From Bacteroidota bacterium (GTDB lineage: Bacteria; Bacteroidota; Bacteroidia; Chitinophagales; JADIYW01): a stretch of 64,000 nucleotides of DNA. Each line of letters begins with the position of its first letter. Position 1 is the first letter of the stretch. The notes beneath the pieces were generated by a model, which saw nothing but the letters and a program-made list of their open reading frames with translations, did not search any database and had not been told where the DNA came from. The translations under genes were made by a program, and so were the position numbers. The stretch spans positions 6,722-70,721 of the forward strand of contig JADIYW010000025.1 of assembly GCA_016705125.1 (NCBI GenBank). Direction: 5' to 3'. Below, piece after piece: positions 55,893 to 64,000 of this stretch.

Positions 55893-58229
55893 TTAATATG
55901 AAATGCAAATCTCAAAGTCATCGGCAAAAATTGGGTCTTTATTGTCGAAATTGGTGATAAAAAATTGGAGATTTCCACCTTGCAATTGCGATCGGATGAT
56001 TTGTTTTTCGATAAATATATAATTCCAATCGTTGGATGGGAAATTGTTTCCGAACATATCTGAAATTGCGAAATTTAGCTCTCCATTATTGGTACTATTT
56101 TCGATTTTTAGTTTTAATTCGCCCATGGTTTTGTTTTTGGAAAATACCCAACAAGAAACGCGACACAAAACGGTGTCCTTATTTTTGAACAAACTATCTA
56201 TTGGCAAACTTATGTGTGCCGACTGCCCATAATTTGGAGTTATTTTATTGGATTTTCGACCTGACAGGTTGGTTTCATTTGTAACGGTTGAATTTCCCAA
56301 TTCAATATTTAGGCTTGGTTTGCCATCGAATGTACATGTATAATTTTGTTGGGTCTGAAATGGAGTTTTGCTTAAAAGGAAATTAGATTTATTCCAACTG
56401 GAAGAAAAGTCAGAAGAAACTATTTCCCAACTCAATTCAAATTCCCGACTCAATAAACCTGGATTTGTATTTCGCAAGCGAATGGCTTTTAGTTCATTGT
56501 AAGTGCTATTGTATTTTATGTTTTGAATAAATGGATCTATCCACAATCCATCTAGCGCATTGGAGGGATTAAAACGGTAGGTCAATATTTTGCCATTACT
56601 GAATTTATAATCGATAAAGTATAAACCATCTCGATAAAAAAAGCATTTCAGTTTGTGCATCAAACCGCTTTTTATTTCTATTTTAGCCCTAAGTATTGAT
56701 TCGTTTGATGGGTCAATTTTTATCCAAGTATTCCATTTTTCTGAATTTGCTTTTTTATTTATTTTTTCAACTTTATTTTGTCCTTTTCTGAGCAAAACAA
56801 ACTTATCTGTTATCGTATCTATTTTATAATTTTTAAAAATCTCCAATACTGTTTTTGGTTCATTATTCAAAATAAAACGATTGTCGTAATCGCCCATATT
56901 GCCTCCGTATTTATCGTTTTGCAAATGCCATAAAATAAATTCAGGGCCATTTTCATGGGTAAAATTTTTGGCACTTTCTCCATCCATCCAGCTAGAATAC
57001 GAACCAGATTGTAGGGTAGTTCGTGGTTTCCAATTCAAATTATTGGCTGGCACATAGCTCAGTTCCCAAGGGTAAAAATCAATGGTTTTTTCTCCAATTT
57101 TTTCTCTAATTTCTATGGGCAAAACATTTCCTTGTATGTTTTGGTAGGAATAATATTTGGCCAATCCGTTGGCATTATTATAATGAAGCATATTGTTGTT
57201 GAAATGGGTAATGCCATTTATATCCACTTTTCGGTTGGCATAATCAGGTATTTTTTGGGCATTAAGTAATAGGCTTGAAAAACAAATGAGAAACAAAACA
57301 AAGAGTATGTTTTTTTGTTTTTGACTTACTAAAAACAACAAACCCCAATACAAAAAAATAATAAATTCGAGTTGGTAATAATGGTTAATATCTTGCCGAC
57401 CAACTGCATGTTTCCAAAAGGCAAAAAATGGAAAAATGGATAAACAGAATAGCCAAAAAACCCTTTTTTCTTTTACATAAAAAGGCGCAAATAAAATTGT
57501 ACCCCAAAGCAAAGCGATAAGCAGAAAATCGTTTTCAACGGCTAGATTCAATGCTGATGAATATCCTGAAGCGATTTTAAAAGTTTGGAAAAGTTGAATG
57601 GGAAAGGCAAATAGTTGTTGGAAAAGGATTGCATAAATAATAAAAGGAATGATAAATGCAATGCCACTATTTATAATCCCTTTTTTCTTGTCTTTTTCGT
57701 TGGAAAATCTGATGATTAAACCAACAAAGATTAGGGAAGCACACGAAATGCCAATAGAGGATTTGATAAGTAATGCGGCCGTTGTGATGAGGGTGGCGAG
57801 TGCGATGTGTTTTGGTTTTCCTTGTTCTACAAAAAACAAAATGGACATAAAACAAGCACCTATCAATATGGCATCGAAATAGAGCAAAAGGGACAAAACG
57901 AAGAAAAGTATTGCTGAAAACAGGACTGATTTATGCAGCAATTTGCCATAACAAATGCCTAGAAAAACAAATATGAATTTGGCAATAAGTCCAAAAATCA
58001 TGGAGTACATAAATTGATGCTCCACAGCCACGGTATATTTCAAAATACCCAATGGGCCGATTGGATAAATCATGTTTTTGAAAAAAGAAAAATCGTTTTG
58101 AAACAAATGCCCCAAACCCCACATATAGGAAGTGTCGAGTCCGATTCCGTAATCAGGCTCATAATTAGGAAAAGTGCATGCCAAAATCAGCAGCGTTAAA
58201 AGAATGATTTTTAAATTTTCTTTGGTCAT
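55893..58229 (-). CDS. large polytopic membrane protein with ~450-aa C-terminal extracytoplasmic domain (possible GT-C/YfhO-like)
   Basis: 778 aa. About 10 hydrophobic segments in the first ~330 aa, then a soluble region. No catalytic motif identified by eye. Confidence 0.4.
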   Translation of the reverse strand: MTKENLKIILLTLLILACTFPNYEPDYGIGLDTSYMWGLGHLFQNDFSFFKNMIYPIGPLGILKYTVAVEHQFMYSMIFGLIAKFIFVFLGICYGKLLHKSVLFSAILFFVLSLLLYFDAILIGACFMSILFFVEQGKPKHIALATLITTAALLIKSSIGISCASLIFVGLIIRFSNEKDKKKGIINSGIAFIIPFIIYAILFQQLFAFPIQLFQTFKIASGYSSALNLAVENDFLLIALLWGTILFAPFYVKEKRVFWLFCLSIFPFFAFWKHAVGRQDINHYYQLEFIIFLYWGLLFLVSQKQKNILFVLFLICFSSLLLNAQKIPDYANRKVDINGITHFNNNMLHYNNANGLAKYYSYQNIQGNVLPIEIREKIGEKTIDFYPWELSYVPANNLNWKPRTTLQSGSYSSWMDGESAKNFTHENGPEFILWHLQNDKYGGNMGDYDNRFILNNEPKTVLEIFKNYKIDTITDKFVLLRKGQNKVEKINKKANSEKWNTWIKIDPSNESILRAKIEIKSGLMHKLKCFFYRDGLYFIDYKFSNGKILTYRFNPSNALDGLWIDPFIQNIKYNSTYNELKAIRLRNTNPGLLSREFELSWEIVSSDFSSSWNKSNFLLSKTPFQTQQNYTCTFDGKPSLNIELGNSTVTNETNLSGRKSNKITPNYGQSAHISLPIDSLFKNKDTVLCRVSCWVFSKNKTMGELKLKIENSTNNGELNFAISDMFGNNFPSNDWNYIFIEKQIIRSQLQGGNLQFFITNFDNKDPIFADDFEICISY

Positions 58230-58404
58230 CTAAAAATTTATATATTTACGAAGTGAATTTCTTAAATAGATTTTCCTTAAAACGACGAATATAAGTCATA
58301 AATGGATGCAAAATAGCTTTTTACATAAAAACGGGAATTTAATATTACTATGAAATTTAAAATCTAAAAAAATCAATGCATTTTAAACTAGAATAATTTA
58401 AAAA

Positions 58405-59652
58405 ATGACTTTGTATAAGAAAAAAAAGAAAGATTGGTATTTAATCATACCTACTTTATTTGCCCTTTTTGTTTTATATATTATTTTTCTTCCTAAAGAG
58501 TATTTCGAAGGGGACTTTGGATTTTGGACAAATTGGTGTAGCCAAATGATGGACTTTGGATTAACGTCTGTTTATGAATCTGGATGTAATTACCATCCCA
58601 TATTTCTATATTTCCTTTATGGTTTTGGAAAAATATGTGGTAGTAATGAAATGCTATTTGAACAAATAAATTATATTAAAATAATCCCTCTTATATTTGA
58701 CTTTATAGGTGTTTTAGCTTTTCTTTATTTTTTCAAAAACCAAAAGAAATCTATTTTTTTACCATTGTTTCTAATTCTAAATTTGGCTTATCTCTACAAT
58801 ACAATGTTTTGGGGTCAAGTTGATAGCATTTATACTACATTGTCTTTGTTGTCCATTATTTTTGCATTATTAGGAAATATAAATCTTGCTGTCGTATTTA
58901 TCGTTTTTGCATTTAATAGTAAACTTCAAGCTATCATTTTCTTACCCATTTTTGGATTGGTATTATTGCCAGATGTAATCAAAAACCCAAAGAAAATTGT
59001 TTATTTATTTGCTTTTGGATTTGTAACTCAATTAATGATTTTAATGCCATTTATACTAAAAGGAAAAGTAGGACAGGTTATAAGTGTATTTACAGGTGGG
59101 GTAGATCATTATACAAATGTATCCTTATTTGCAAATAATATTTGGTATCTATTTCTTTGGAATAAGGAATGTTATTTTGTAGAAGACTCCACTACTTTTA
59201 TGGGTTTTTCTTATAAAAATATAGGTTTAGTTCTTTTTTTGTGTTCAAGCTTTTTAAGTCTTTTGCCTTTGTTTCTAAGGACTATAAAACTTTTAAAGGG
59301 GCAAAGTGATGAAAAAAAAGAACAATATAATGAACTGGTGTTTTTTTCTTGTTTATTAACGATTTGGAATTTTTTTTATTTTAATACTCAAATGCATGAA
59401 AGATATAGTCATGCATTAATCATTTTTTGTTTTTTTTATGGTTTTTTATCCAAAAATTGGTTTTTGTATATTATTGCAACCCTAGGCTTACTATTAAATA
59501 TGACTAGAGTATTTCCTTTTGCAGAATACGATGTAACTAAGTACTTTTTTTATAATCAGCATTTTATTTCAATTGTTTTTGGTTTAGGATTATTATATGG
59601 GTACTATCTTTTATTCTCCAAATATTATATTAAAAATGGTTTTAGAAATTAA
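58405..59652 (+). CDS. polytopic membrane protein, GT-C-fold glycosyl/mannosyltransferase-like (PMT_2/DUF2029-like)
   Basis: 415 aa, more than 10 TM segments. ...MFWGQVDSIYTTLSLLSIIF... resembles the first-loop region of GT-C enzymes. Divergent from 55893-58229. Confidence 0.4.
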   Translation: MTLYKKKKKDWYLIIPTLFALFVLYIIFLPKEYFEGDFGFWTNWCSQMMDFGLTSVYESGCNYHPIFLYFLYGFGKICGSNEMLFEQINYIKIIPLIFDFIGVLAFLYFFKNQKKSIFLPLFLILNLAYLYNTMFWGQVDSIYTTLSLLSIIFALLGNINLAVVFIVFAFNSKLQAIIFLPIFGLVLLPDVIKNPKKIVYLFAFGFVTQLMILMPFILKGKVGQVISVFTGGVDHYTNVSLFANNIWYLFLWNKECYFVEDSTTFMGFSYKNIGLVLFLCSSFLSLLPLFLRTIKLLKGQSDEKKEQYNELVFFSCLLTIWNFFYFNTQMHERYSHALIIFCFFYGFLSKNWFLYIIATLGLLLNMTRVFPFAEYDVTKYFFYNQHFISIVFGLGLLYGYYLLFSKYYIKNGFRN

Positions 59653-59674
59653 TAATTTTAATCAAATATTCAAT

Positions 59675-60430
59675 ATGAAATCTAAATTCATTATAGGCAT
59701 TTTTATTTTTTTCCTAATGGGCTGTAAGTCAAATGAGCGATATAGTAACAAATTGATAATTAGAGCCACAAATAGTTATATTTCAGACACAATTATTTTT
59801 AAAATAATTGACAATGGGAATATAATTGACAATGGAAATGGAAGTAAAATTGTTTTTTTAATAAATGAAAAACCCTTTGGTTTTACGAATGAATGTATTG
59901 TTACCAAAAATCAATATATTCATGTCCTTTTGCGTTCTAATTGTTATTCTTCAACTATAAATTTGGCTTGTGAAGCTAGTTGGGGCAAATGGTACGGAAA
60001 TAATGCTAGATTTTCAATTGATAAGTTTGGATGGGCAAATCACCATTTGTATGTAAAAGTTCCAGACACTATTCAAACTGCTAAACTTAGAATTTATGGG
60101 AATTATTTTGGGGGAGGAAATGGAGCCGAGCTCAACAGAATGGAAATTCGAATTTTAGATAGTTCTCCATTCAAAAATGGAATAAACGATTATTGTTTTT
60201 TACCATTATGTGTAGATATTTATAAAGAAATAAAAAAATCTAATTTAATCAAAAACAAAACCTTTTACTATGAAAATACGTTCAATATAAAGGATGAGAC
60301 TTTTGAAAATTATGCCGTTACGAAAAAAGAATTTGAAGTTGAGTGGGAGAAGAGAAAAAAAGAAGTTGGTGAAGAAAAATTAGTTGAAAAAATAAATAAT
60401 TTTTTAAAACAATATCCCGAATTATTGTAA
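59675..60430 (+). CDS. lipoprotein, function unknown
   Basis: The track ORF starts at 59597, overlapping the previous gene. In-frame ATG at 59675 gives MKSKFIIGIFIFFLMGCKSN with a lipobox (LMGC). Confidence 0.55.
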   Translation: MKSKFIIGIFIFFLMGCKSNERYSNKLIIRATNSYISDTIIFKIIDNGNIIDNGNGSKIVFLINEKPFGFTNECIVTKNQYIHVLLRSNCYSSTINLACEASWGKWYGNNARFSIDKFGWANHHLYVKVPDTIQTAKLRIYGNYFGGGNGAELNRMEIRILDSSPFKNGINDYCFLPLCVDIYKEIKKSNLIKNKTFYYENTFNIKDETFENYAVTKKEFEVEWEKRKKEVGEEKLVEKINNFLKQYPELL

Positions 60431-60469
60431 ATTATAATTTTATTTGTAATTAAATTTCACCATTTTATT

Positions 60470-60883
60470 ATGAGAATAGCCGTTTTTAGAAAAGCCACTT
60501 TTAATGCCGCACACCGTCTGCACAATCCTAATTGGGACGACCAGACCAATAAGGCCGTTTTTGGGCTGTGTAATAATCCAAATTACCATGGTCACAATTA
60601 TACATTAGAAGTAAAGATTGTTGGCGAAATAAACCCCGAAACGGGATATTTGATAGATCTAAAAATAGTAAAGGATATAATAAAGCAGGATATTGAGGAC
60701 CGATTCGATCATAAAAACCTAAACCTCGACACCGAAGAGTTTAAGGACTTGAACCCAACTGCAGAAAACATTGCTATCGTTATTTATAATTTATTGAGAG
60801 CAAAAATTGACCCCAAATACGACTTGCAAATAAAATTGTACGAAACAGAAAGAAATTTTGTGGAATATCCAGTAAATATTTAA
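60470..60883 (+). CDS. queD: 6-carboxy-5,6,7,8-tetrahydropterin synthase (6-pyruvoyl-tetrahydropterin synthase family)
   Basis: 137 aa. FNAAHRLHNP...CNNPNYHGHNY has the Zn-His and catalytic Cys pattern of QueD/PTPS. Confidence 0.85.
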   Translation: MRIAVFRKATFNAAHRLHNPNWDDQTNKAVFGLCNNPNYHGHNYTLEVKIVGEINPETGYLIDLKIVKDIIKQDIEDRFDHKNLNLDTEEFKDLNPTAENIAIVIYNLLRAKIDPKYDLQIKLYETERNFVEYPVNI

Positions 60884-61206
60884 CGCTTATATTGGCAGCA
60901 TTTAGGCAGTTTTTGATATGCTTCATTGCTCGCTTTTACATCTGGTGTATCGTATCCCGACTTGGCAATGCTTTTCTCAATACTTAATTTTGTTACTTTT
61001 AAAGAATCGTAACTTACAGTAAGGTAATGTGTTTTAATATTCCAATCTGCCTTTTTCACGCCTTTAATCATGGCATTCAATTCGATAGTTTCTTTACACA
61101 TTTCACAATTACCGCTTATTAATATTTTTTCTGTTTTTAGATTGCCACCCAAAACACCAAACGACATGAAAATAAATGTGATGGCCAAAAAAAATATGTT
61201 TTTCAT
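60880..61206 (-). CDS. heavy-metal-associated (HMA) domain protein, secreted
   Basis: 108 aa with a signal peptide. GNCEMCKETIE (CxxC metal site) and a C-terminal CC. Confidence 0.7.
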   Translation of the reverse strand: MKNIFFLAITFIFMSFGVLGGNLKTEKILISGNCEMCKETIELNAMIKGVKKADWNIKTHYLTVSYDSLKVTKLSIEKSIAKSGYDTPDVKASNEAYQKLPKCCQYKR

Positions 61207-61326
61207 CCTAAATTATTTTAAACAAATATAAATCAATTTTTCTTTGTTGTTTAATCATTGAATTATTCCATTTTCTCATCTCCAAATTCCCTCATTTTCA
61301 AATCCCCAAATCCCCAAATTAAACAA

Positions 61327-62481
61327 TTATTCCAATTTCTGTTTAATCAAAACAATTTCCCGCTCGCCTCCAACAAAATTACAAACTAAATCAACGCTAT
61401 TATACGATTTTGCAATATTCATGCCTATTTTTAAAGGTTCGCCTAAATAGAATTTTTTAACTTGTTTATCTAATCTTTTTCCCCATTCTAGGTGTTCATT
61501 TCCAACAAATCCGTGGGGATATAAACTCAAATAAATTTGGTTATTTAAAAATACGCCTTCATAATTTGAAGTATCGCCAGTGCTGGTCGTATAAGAGAAA
61601 GAAAACGTTTTGTCTTCCTTCAAAACTAATTCTGATTTTTTACCATCCATTTGCCACGCATATTTTCCATATACATTATCCTCTTTCACCAATTCAAGAC
61701 TACTAGTTTTAGTTTCAGCTGCTTTTGGTTGAATTTCTTCTACAGTAAATCCCTTTGCCGACAATTGCAATACATTATAATAATGCCAAATACCTGGATT
61801 ATCGTAATTAAAAACTCGAATACTAGTATCGTTTACCGCTTCTAGAATCATGTACTTTCCATTAAATCCACCGCCAAAAGGATATTCAATCTTTAGCCCA
61901 TTTTGTTTGGATAAGTCGTACGATAAATAAGGTCGTGGATAAACTGCTTTTGGTTCAGACAAAACAAAATTTTGGATTTTAGAAAAATTAAAATCTTTAT
62001 TGATCCATTTTTTTCCTTGCAACAAAGTATCGATTTCTGATTTAGAGAATTTTCTAAATACCACCAAGCTGTCGATTTGCGATTTAGTATTTAAAGATAT
62101 TTTTTTGAAAACTAAAGAATCTTTGGTAAGTGTTAATAATTTAAATTGTTTTTGCTCATTTATTCTGAGCGTATCCATTTCCCATACTTTCTTTGTTTCA
62201 AAAAGTAAATGCTCCTCTGGGTTAAATTGTAAGGTTTGTTCTACCTTAAATTTGCCGTAATTTTTAACAGTATTTACGATTTCATTTTGCTCTGTTATTC
62301 TTATAGAACTAAAAAAGCTAGGAAAATTATTCCCTAGCTTATCTTTAGTAAATGTGGAATCATATTGCAGATACCACAACCCAACTGCTTTTTTTTCAAC
62401 AGTTTGGGCAGCGGTTTTGCCTATTCCAAATGCGATTATAAATAATAAAACGCTAATGTTTTTCATGTGTCCTTTTTTCAT
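61327..62481 (-). CDS. secreted hypothetical protein
   Basis: The track start (62508) is a TTG. ATGs at 62481 and 62466 precede the signal peptide MKNISVLLFIIAFGIGKTAAQ. No recognisable domain. Confidence 0.5.
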   Translation of the reverse strand: MKKGHMKNISVLLFIIAFGIGKTAAQTVEKKAVGLWYLQYDSTFTKDKLGNNFPSFFSSIRITEQNEIVNTVKNYGKFKVEQTLQFNPEEHLLFETKKVWEMDTLRINEQKQFKLLTLTKDSLVFKKISLNTKSQIDSLVVFRKFSKSEIDTLLQGKKWINKDFNFSKIQNFVLSEPKAVYPRPYLSYDLSKQNGLKIEYPFGGGFNGKYMILEAVNDTSIRVFNYDNPGIWHYYNVLQLSAKGFTVEEIQPKAAETKTSSLELVKEDNVYGKYAWQMDGKKSELVLKEDKTFSFSYTTSTGDTSNYEGVFLNNQIYLSLYPHGFVGNEHLEWGKRLDKQVKKFYLGEPLKIGMNIAKSYNSVDLVCNFVGGEREIVLIKQKLE

Positions 62482-62514
62482 TTTAATATAAAGCGAAAAA
62501 AGTGCCAAATTATT

Positions 62515-64000
62515 CTAGTGTCTTGCTGGTTTAGCTAACTCAACTAAAGATTTTCTGCCTTTTCCATGTTTTCTAAAAGCTTCTAAAATAATATCTGCTT
62601 CTCGAGACTTAGTGGTAAAGAAAGTAAAACTATCTAAAATCTTAATATCGTCAATAAACCTTCCATCAACCTGCGATTCCTCAAAAATCAAATCCAACAC
62701 TTTTCGCGGGTTAAAGCCGTCTTGTTTTCCTTTCGCCAAAAACAATCTTTGTTTTCCAGTACTGCTCATCATTTGGTTATCTCCACCACGACCATCTCTG
62801 TCTCCACGTCCACGGTTATCTCTGTCGCCACGGCTTGATTCTCTGCTGCTACTTCTATTTCCTCTTTCATCGTTATGCGAATCTTGTGCAATATTTTTGT
62901 ATCCCTTTTGATCCAATTCATTTTTAAATGAAAGTCGCAATAGCGCTGCTAACACTTCTTGTGGTTCTGCAATTTCTAATAATTCAAGTGCAAAAGTACC
63001 ATACTCGAAATGCTTTTCAGTGGTTAGAATAGTCAAAAGATTGTTTTTAATTCTTTCCTTTTTAATTCTAATCATATCATTTGCATCAGGCAAATATGCT
63101 TTTTTAATTGGCGCATTACTTATACGACTAATAAACAACAATTTTCGTCGCTCATCAGATGGCACCAATGAAATCGCTTTTCCTAATTTACCAGCTCTAC
63201 CTGTTCGTCCAATTCTGTGCACATAAGATTCAGGATCTTGTGGCAAACTATAATTGATTACGTGCGTTAAGTCTGATACATCAATTCCTCTAGCGGCAAC
63301 ATCCGTAGCCACTAAAATGCCTTTTTGATTGGCTTTGAACTGTCTAATTACTTTTTCTCTTTGGCTTTGTACCACATCACCGTGAATACAATCTGCTGAA
63401 TAACCTCTTTCATTTAATTTAAGGGTCATTTCGGTTACCTCTACTTTTGTATTGCAAAAAACAATACCGTAGATATCCGTTTCTACATCAATAATTCTGC
63501 ACAAAGCGTCAAACTTGTCCCTATTTGGAACTTCATAATAAGTTTGCTCGATAAGTACATTAGTTAACTCTTCTTTTTTAACAGAAACCATTTCAAACTT
63601 ACCCATGTGCCTTTTGGCCAAAGATAAAATTCTGTCTGGCATAGTTGCAGAAAACATTAACATTCGTCTTTCAGGCGGCGTTTCTTTCACAATTTTTTCA
63701 ACGTCCTCAATGAAACCCATGTTAAGCATTTCATCGGCTTCGTCTAAAACCATAAATTTCACATTGCCTAATTTTAGTTTTTTCCTATCAATTAGGTCAA
63801 TCACCCTACCTGGTGTTCCCACTACAATGTGGGCGCCTCTTTCAAGGTCTTTGATTTGCATCATAATTGAAGAGCCTCCATAAACAGCTATTATGGAGAT
63901 TTTTTTACTCCCTCTATAGCTTTTAATTTCTTCACAAACTTGTAGTGCCAACTCCCTCGTTGGCGTAAGTATCAACGCTTGAATATTTCGATCACTTGGA
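62515..64000 (-). CDS. DEAD-box ATP-dependent RNA helicase (DeaD/CsdA-like with RG-rich linker and DbpA-type C-terminal RNA-binding domain); N-terminus beyond window end
   Basis: The frame stays open to position 64000 (...PSDRNIQALILTPTRELALQ). Motifs PTRELA, VLDEADEM, SAT and HRIGRTGRAG are present, as is the RG-rich stretch RGDRDNRGRGDRDGRGGD. Confidence 0.9.
   Translation of the reverse strand, partial: PSDRNIQALILTPTRELALQVCEEIKSYRGSKKISIIAVYGGSSIMMQIKDLERGAHIVVGTPGRVIDLIDRKKLKLGNVKFMVLDEADEMLNMGFIEDVEKIVKETPPERRMLMFSATMPDRILSLAKRHMGKFEMVSVKKEELTNVLIEQTYYEVPNRDKFDALCRIIDVETDIYGIVFCNTKVEVTEMTLKLNERGYSADCIHGDVVQSQREKVIRQFKANQKGILVATDVAARGIDVSDLTHVINYSLPQDPESYVHRIGRTGRAGKLGKAISLVPSDERRKLLFISRISNAPIKKAYLPDANDMIRIKKERIKNNLLTILTTEKHFEYGTFALELLEIAEPQEVLAALLRLSFKNELDQKGYKNIAQDSHNDERGNRSSSRESSRGDRDNRGRGDRDGRGGDNQMMSSTGKQRLFLAKGKQDGFNPRKVLDLIFEESQVDGRFIDDIKILDSFTFFTTKSREADIILEAFRKHGKGRKSLVELAKPARH

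Noticed and set aside
61270-61322. Short tandem CCCCAAAT/CCCAAAT-like repeats (tccaaattccctcattttcaaatccccaaatccccaaatt)
   Set aside because: There are only two to three short imperfect units in a convergent/divergent spacer. No recognisable function is apparent and the repeat is too short to support a call.

Overview
Low-GC chromosome segment that looks like Bacteroidota. Support: several T9SS (Por) C-terminal sorting domains, a TonB-dependent receptor with a CarboxypepD_reg-type N-domain, and Bacteroidota-style ParE and Fic cassettes. Almost all genes are on the minus strand.

Layout:
(1) 1-17.6 kb: a surface-glycan (O-antigen/capsule-type) locus. It has a WbpB/WbpD/WbpE-like di-N-acetylated uronic acid branch, a 2-epimerase, two asparagine-synthase-like amidotransferases, a WbuX/WbpG-like amidotransferase, a Wzx flippase, glycosyltransferases, a methyltransferase and a pair of transglutaminase-like paralogues.
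(2) 17.6-25 kb: housekeeping genes (tag, TrmH-family methyltransferase, TonB receptor, desaturase, FtsB-like, eno).
(3) 25-45.2 kb: an OmpA-family gene, then three tandem paralogous giant genes (about 1893, 2233 and 1847 aa). Each is built from 17-22 Cys-bracketed FN3-like modules plus a T9SS C-terminal domain (CTD). An orphan CTD-only ORF follows.
(4) 45.9-47.3 kb: an ECF sigma factor with three small membrane proteins.
(5) 47.4-50.2 kb: miscellaneous genes (LCIB-like, bestrophin, NAD(P)-binding protein with HxlR).
(6) 50.2-54.4 kb: four gene cassettes (ParE/antitoxin, Fic/VbhA-like, an orphan, a TM+SRPBCC-like protein). Each ends in the same 65-bp imperfect hairpin repeat with AAC...GTT termini, giving an integron-attC-like array with no integrase in the window. 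I consider this the most interesting signal.
(7) 54.7-64 kb: prfA, membrane GT-C-like proteins, queD, an HMA protein and a DEAD-box helicase.

Four genes are split by +/-1 frameshifts, all inside A/T homopolymers, and one gene carries an in-frame TAA. Read-level verification is needed before calling them pseudogenes. No rRNA, tRNA or CRISPR was recognised. All functional calls rest on motif and pattern recognition by eye, not on database searches.
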